A stretch of DNA of 64,000 nucleotides from a virus. Positions 61,226-64,000 of the stretch are shown piece after piece. A model generated the notes under the pieces. It was not told where the DNA came from and made no database searches. It was given only the letters and a program-made list of their open reading frames with translations. The DNA is taken from the IMG/VR virus record IMGVR_UViG_3300044846_001970, positions 1-64,000 of that record, one strand, 5' to 3'. The stretch's first letter is position 1. Each line of letters opens with the position of its first letter. The translations under genes were made by a program, and so were the position numbers.

Positions 61226-61580
61226 CTTTTAAGTTTTGAATTTTTTCTTTCTTTAATTCTAGTAAAACTATTTTTTTTTCAATTTCAGTTAAAGCAACAA
61301 TTTTTTCCTCTAACATTTTTTTATTATAGTATGCACTAAATGTAGATGTATCATGAGTTTCTAAGATTTTTTTATATCTTGGAATTGCTTTTCTAACTGA
61401 ATAAGTTCTTATAGCAAATTGTCCTAAACCATCAATATTAATTCTAGGATGTTTAAGTTCTGTTAAATTTGATCTTACTTCTTTATAATAAAACTCTACA
61501 AAGTCTTGTATTAAATCTTCAGAAAGATTTAGATCTTCAGAAATTTCTTTATATAAAGTTCTAGATTTTTTTGGAATCAT
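61179..61580 (-). CDS. HU/IHF-like DNA-binding protein
   Basis: YKEISEDLNLSEDLI...RINIDGLGQF, an HU-fold pattern. Confidence 0.7.
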   Translation of the reverse strand: MIPKKSRTLYKEISEDLNLSEDLIQDFVEFYYKEVRSNLTELKHPRINIDGLGQFAIRTYSVRKAIPRYKKILETHDTSTFSAYYNKKMLEEKIVALTEIEKKIVLLELKKEKIQNLKDEYIKRNLEGPQKDN

Positions 61581-61936
61581 TTGCCTAAAAACTTATAATC
61601 TAATAATACATCACCTTCAGCTTGAATTTGCATATTAGGATTAATTAAAATTATTTTTTTATTTTCTGTATCTTTTATTACAAGTTTATTTTTTTCACAC
61701 TTATTAATACAATTTCTTACAGTCTGTTCTGACTTAAAAATTTTATATTCTTCAGAGGCATCATAACAAAAAGCAGTAAGTTCTATAGGGCCAATACTAC
61801 ATAATAAAGTAAGGCACTCTAGATCAGATTCACTCACTGTTATTCTATTAATATAACAGTGAGTCAATATCTGAAATTTAACAACATCTGGTTTAGACAT
61901 TATTACTTTTTTCTGTACCTGATTAACTAAAGCCAT
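61577..61936 (-). CDS. Putative winged-helix DNA-binding protein
   Basis: SEQTVRNCINKCEKNKLVIK...ILINP, a helix-turn-helix plus wing pattern. Confidence 0.5.
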   Translation of the reverse strand: MALVNQVQKKVIMSKPDVVKFQILTHCYINRITVSESDLECLTLLCSIGPIELTAFCYDASEEYKIFKSEQTVRNCINKCEKNKLVIKDTENKKIILINPNMQIQAEGDVLLDYKFLGK

Positions 61937-61938
61937 TA

Positions 61939-62214
61939 TTACTTAGTCTTAAGTTTTCTAACAGGTTCTGAATCAATCTCTGTATCATCTGCATCTGAAG
62001 TTTCAGGAGTTTCTGAATTTTGTGTCATCATTGCAAATTGGTAAGCAATACTAGATCTTTTAAATCTTGCTTCATCAATTTTTAAAAGCATGTCTTCATA
62101 GTTTAGTTGTGCTTCTAAATAAGGTACTGAATCCTTATAAAAATTTAGCATATCTGCTTTCCTTTGTGCTAACTGTTCTGCACTCATGTTCTCTTGATCT
62201 TGTTGATTTTCCAT
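61939..62214 (-). CDS. Hypothetical protein
   Basis: 91-aa helical ORF with its own upstream intergenic region. Confidence 0.7.
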   Translation of the reverse strand: MENQQDQENMSAEQLAQRKADMLNFYKDSVPYLEAQLNYEDMLLKIDEARFKRSSIAYQFAMMTQNSETPETSDADDTEIDSEPVRKLKTK

Positions 62215-62238
62215 TATATATATTTTTAAAGTTTAAAC

Positions 62239-62247
62239 AAAAATACA
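62239..62247 (-). promoter_or_regulatory. Possible Bacteroidota sigma-A -7 element (TATTTTTG)
   Basis: Matches the TAnnTTTG consensus, between a terminator and the 91-aa gene. No canonically spaced -33 TTTG was seen. Confidence 0.35.
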
Positions 62248-62276
62248 TATAAAGTTTAAATAAAAAACATTTAAAC

Positions 62277-62310
62277 AAAAAAAATCCAGATAATTTAACT
62301 TACCTGGATT
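62277..62310 (-). terminator. Rho-independent terminator
   Basis: AATCCAGGTAA...TTATCTGGATT followed by a T-run. Confidence 0.75.
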
Positions 62311-62338
62311 TCTATACTTAGAGAAGCATAATTAAAAA

Positions 62339-62698
62339 TTACCCTTTAGTTCTTGGTTTTACCATTTTTTTTACATTGCTTATTACTGTTTTTGCATTAG
62401 TAACTTTAGCTGCAATTTTAGGATGGTTCTTTAAAAATTTACCACCACCTATTGGTCCACCATTTTTTTCTTGTTTTAACATTTTTTTAAGACCAAGTCC
62501 TGCAGCTGTAGCAGCACCAATACCTAATAAGGCACCTAATGCGCGACCACCACCTCCTCCACCTCCAGAAGATGTTCTGTATCTAGTTACTTTTCCACAA
62601 CCACTTTTCTTTTTTCTTTTTCTTTTTTTACCAGAAGCATCCATATATTCTTCCATACAAGAATCATCCATTGATCCTCCTGTTTCATACTTTTTCAT
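62339..62698 (-). CDS. Small basic protein with GG motifs and hydrophobic segment
   Basis: YETGG, EKNGG; GGGGGGGRALGALLGIGAATAAGLGLKK. Confidence 0.65.
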   Translation of the reverse strand: MKKYETGGSMDDSCMEEYMDASGKKRKRKKKSGCGKVTRYRTSSGGGGGGGRALGALLGIGAATAAGLGLKKMLKQEKNGGPIGGGKFLKNHPKIAAKVTNAKTVISNVKKMVKPRTKG

Positions 62699-62700
62699 AA

Positions 62701-62859
62701 TTACCTGTTTTTAAATGTAAAGTTTAATATTGTTAGCATATAAAAGTCTCTAGAGATATCTATTTCTAATGTAAAGAAATCTATAATACCTACTCTAAAT
62801 CTTATAGCAAATTTATCCCATTGTTTTCTTGATGTGTTCCAGTTGTTTCTAAATTTCAT
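62701..62859 (-). CDS. Small hypothetical protein (about 52 aa) after the endolysin
   Basis: ATG at 62859 (MKFRNNW...) lies just after the amidase stop, which fits better than the longer overlapping call at 62898. Confidence 0.55.
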   Translation of the reverse strand: MKFRNNWNTSRKQWDKFAIRFRVGIIDFFTLEIDISRDFYMLTILNFTFKNR

Positions 62860-62861
62860 AA

Positions 62862-63509
62862 TTATAATTTTTTTAACATTTCTATTACTCTTGGACAAGG
62901 GTACATATCTGACTTATCCTTTCTTACTGAGTTGTGTGTAAAGATACCTTTATTTCCTTTTAATGCATCTATATCTATATCCCATATAGATTCATTATAA
63001 TCTTTAGGTATATCATAAGTTTCACAAAGATATACTACTAATTGTCTTAGTGATTCTATCTGAGCATCTGTATAAGTAAACCAATGTTTGTGATTTTTAT
63101 AAGGCTTTTCTAAGGTAGTTACATTAGAAGCATTAACTTCTCCTCCTACATAATTATAGTACTTACCATTTTTAAAAGATATTGGTCCCCAGTTACATAC
63201 TTCAATACCTATACTTATAGGATCTAAAGATAAGTAAGGAACTTTACTAGCTTTAAAAATACTTTCTTTTAAACCTAAATGATATGCCCAGTCTCTAGAA
63301 CTAAAACATTGTACAATTGTACCGTTTGCTCCAATTATGAAGGCAGTGGCAACTCTCTCAGGTTTAGTATCAAAATACTTAGCTACTGATAGTGCATCTG
63401 GTCCACCTGCAGTATGGTGTAGATATATCTGTTTCTTTTCATGTTTAACTTCCATGAACTGACCAGGTCTTAACCTATGTTGAACTATTTTACTTATATC
63501 TAATTTCAT
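62862..63509 (-). CDS. Endolysin, N-acetylmuramoyl-L-alanine amidase
   Basis: IYLHHTAG...WAYHLG...SIGIEVCNWG...FTHNSVRKDKSD Amidase_2 motifs; adjacent to a holin-like gene. Confidence 0.88.
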   Translation of the reverse strand: MKLDISKIVQHRLRPGQFMEVKHEKKQIYLHHTAGGPDALSVAKYFDTKPERVATAFIIGANGTIVQCFSSRDWAYHLGLKESIFKASKVPYLSLDPISIGIEVCNWGPISFKNGKYYNYVGGEVNASNVTTLEKPYKNHKHWFTYTDAQIESLRQLVVYLCETYDIPKDYNESIWDIDIDALKGNKGIFTHNSVRKDKSDMYPCPRVIEMLKKL

Positions 63510-64000
63510 AATACATCATCTTTTGTATCCTTGTAAGCACTTGTAACGGTTTTAACAGTTTTTCTAATTCTATTGAAAGAGTTTGAAACACTTTTTAAAA
63601 TGTTATTCTTTGATATGTCAAACCAATTTTCATTTATTGAGGATACTTCCATAAGACAAAGTATTGCCAATAAAACATTAGTACATATTGCAGGTGTTAC
63701 AATTAAAACTTGTAAATTAAAAACCTTTAACATTGCTGATATAAATGGTGTTAATGCATAATAATCAATTGGAAATATAACTGCTGCCATTACTAAATAA
63801 CCGGCTGTCTTGTGTAAATAACCTAATCTTAATATTTTAGATTTAAATACATCTTTATATTTTCTATTTGTTTCTTCAGCTATTTTTTTAAGTGATATTA
63901 ATTTAACAACAGTATCTACAAAAATTGTAAACATTAAAATTAATACAAGCATTTGTATAGGAGCAAAGAAAGAGAACATAGCACTAAAAAAGAAAATTAA
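63506..64000 (-). CDS. Holin-like membrane protein (probably 5'-truncated)
   Basis: About three hydrophobic segments with DT...SK...K and EVSSINEN motifs. The frame stays open to the window edge (LIFFFSAMFSFF). Confidence 0.7.
   Translation of the reverse strand, partial: LIFFFSAMFSFFAPIQMLVLILMFTIFVDTVVKLISLKKIAEETNRKYKDVFKSKILRLGYLHKTAGYLVMAAVIFPIDYYALTPFISAMLKVFNLQVLIVTPAICTNVLLAILCLMEVSSINENWFDISKNNILKSVSNSFNRIRKTVKTVTSAYKDTKDDVL

Noticed and set aside
3138-63761. All plus-strand ORFs in the track (e.g. 3138-3473, 8694-9017, 20227-20670, 62376-62714)
   Set aside because: They are antisense shadows of long minus-strand genes, with biased Ser/Phe/Ile/Leu composition and no recognisable motifs.
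1-64000. Genome-wide stop-codon reassignment (TAG or TGA), as in some crAss-like phages
   Set aside because: Genes of up to 2362 codons are intact under the standard code, coding density is high, and TGA is used as a normal stop at several junctions. Only the single junction at 8108 remains a candidate.
1-64000. CRISPR array, tRNA/rRNA, diversity-generating retroelement, integrase/transposase
   Set aside because: No regularly spaced DNA repeats, no intergenic stretch resembling a structured RNA beyond terminators, and no RT or recombinase motifs were seen by eye.

Overview
This AT-rich window is a fragment of a large crAss-like (Crassvirales-type, podovirus-style) phage genome, probably infecting a Bacteroidota host. 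Every credible gene lies on the minus strand. In transcription order (right to left): a lysis module (holin, amidase); small DNA-binding and nuclease genes; terminase, portal, scaffold and major capsid protein; a cluster of small Lys-rich proteins; a Dps-like gene; tail ring, hub and fibre proteins, many unusually Cys-rich; a muzzle/stabilisation protein; four large predicted cargo/ejection proteins; and a giant virion RNA polymerase ORF (8104 to beyond position 1). The supplied ORF track misses that last ORF because it has no stop in the window. The most striking unexplained signal is a short double-glycine motif (roughly [MYFAKR]-[AKEDQR]-x-G-G). It recurs dozens of times in about ten predicted internal virion proteins and borders small shared modules, suggesting a GG-based polyprotein-processing or capsid-loading system. 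Two HExxH zincin domains are candidate proteases. Other notable signals: an in-frame TAG-AAA-ATG junction between the two largest genes, a recurring TATATT promoter-like motif, and strong CpG depletion. All functional calls come from motif recognition and gene order; no searches were run.
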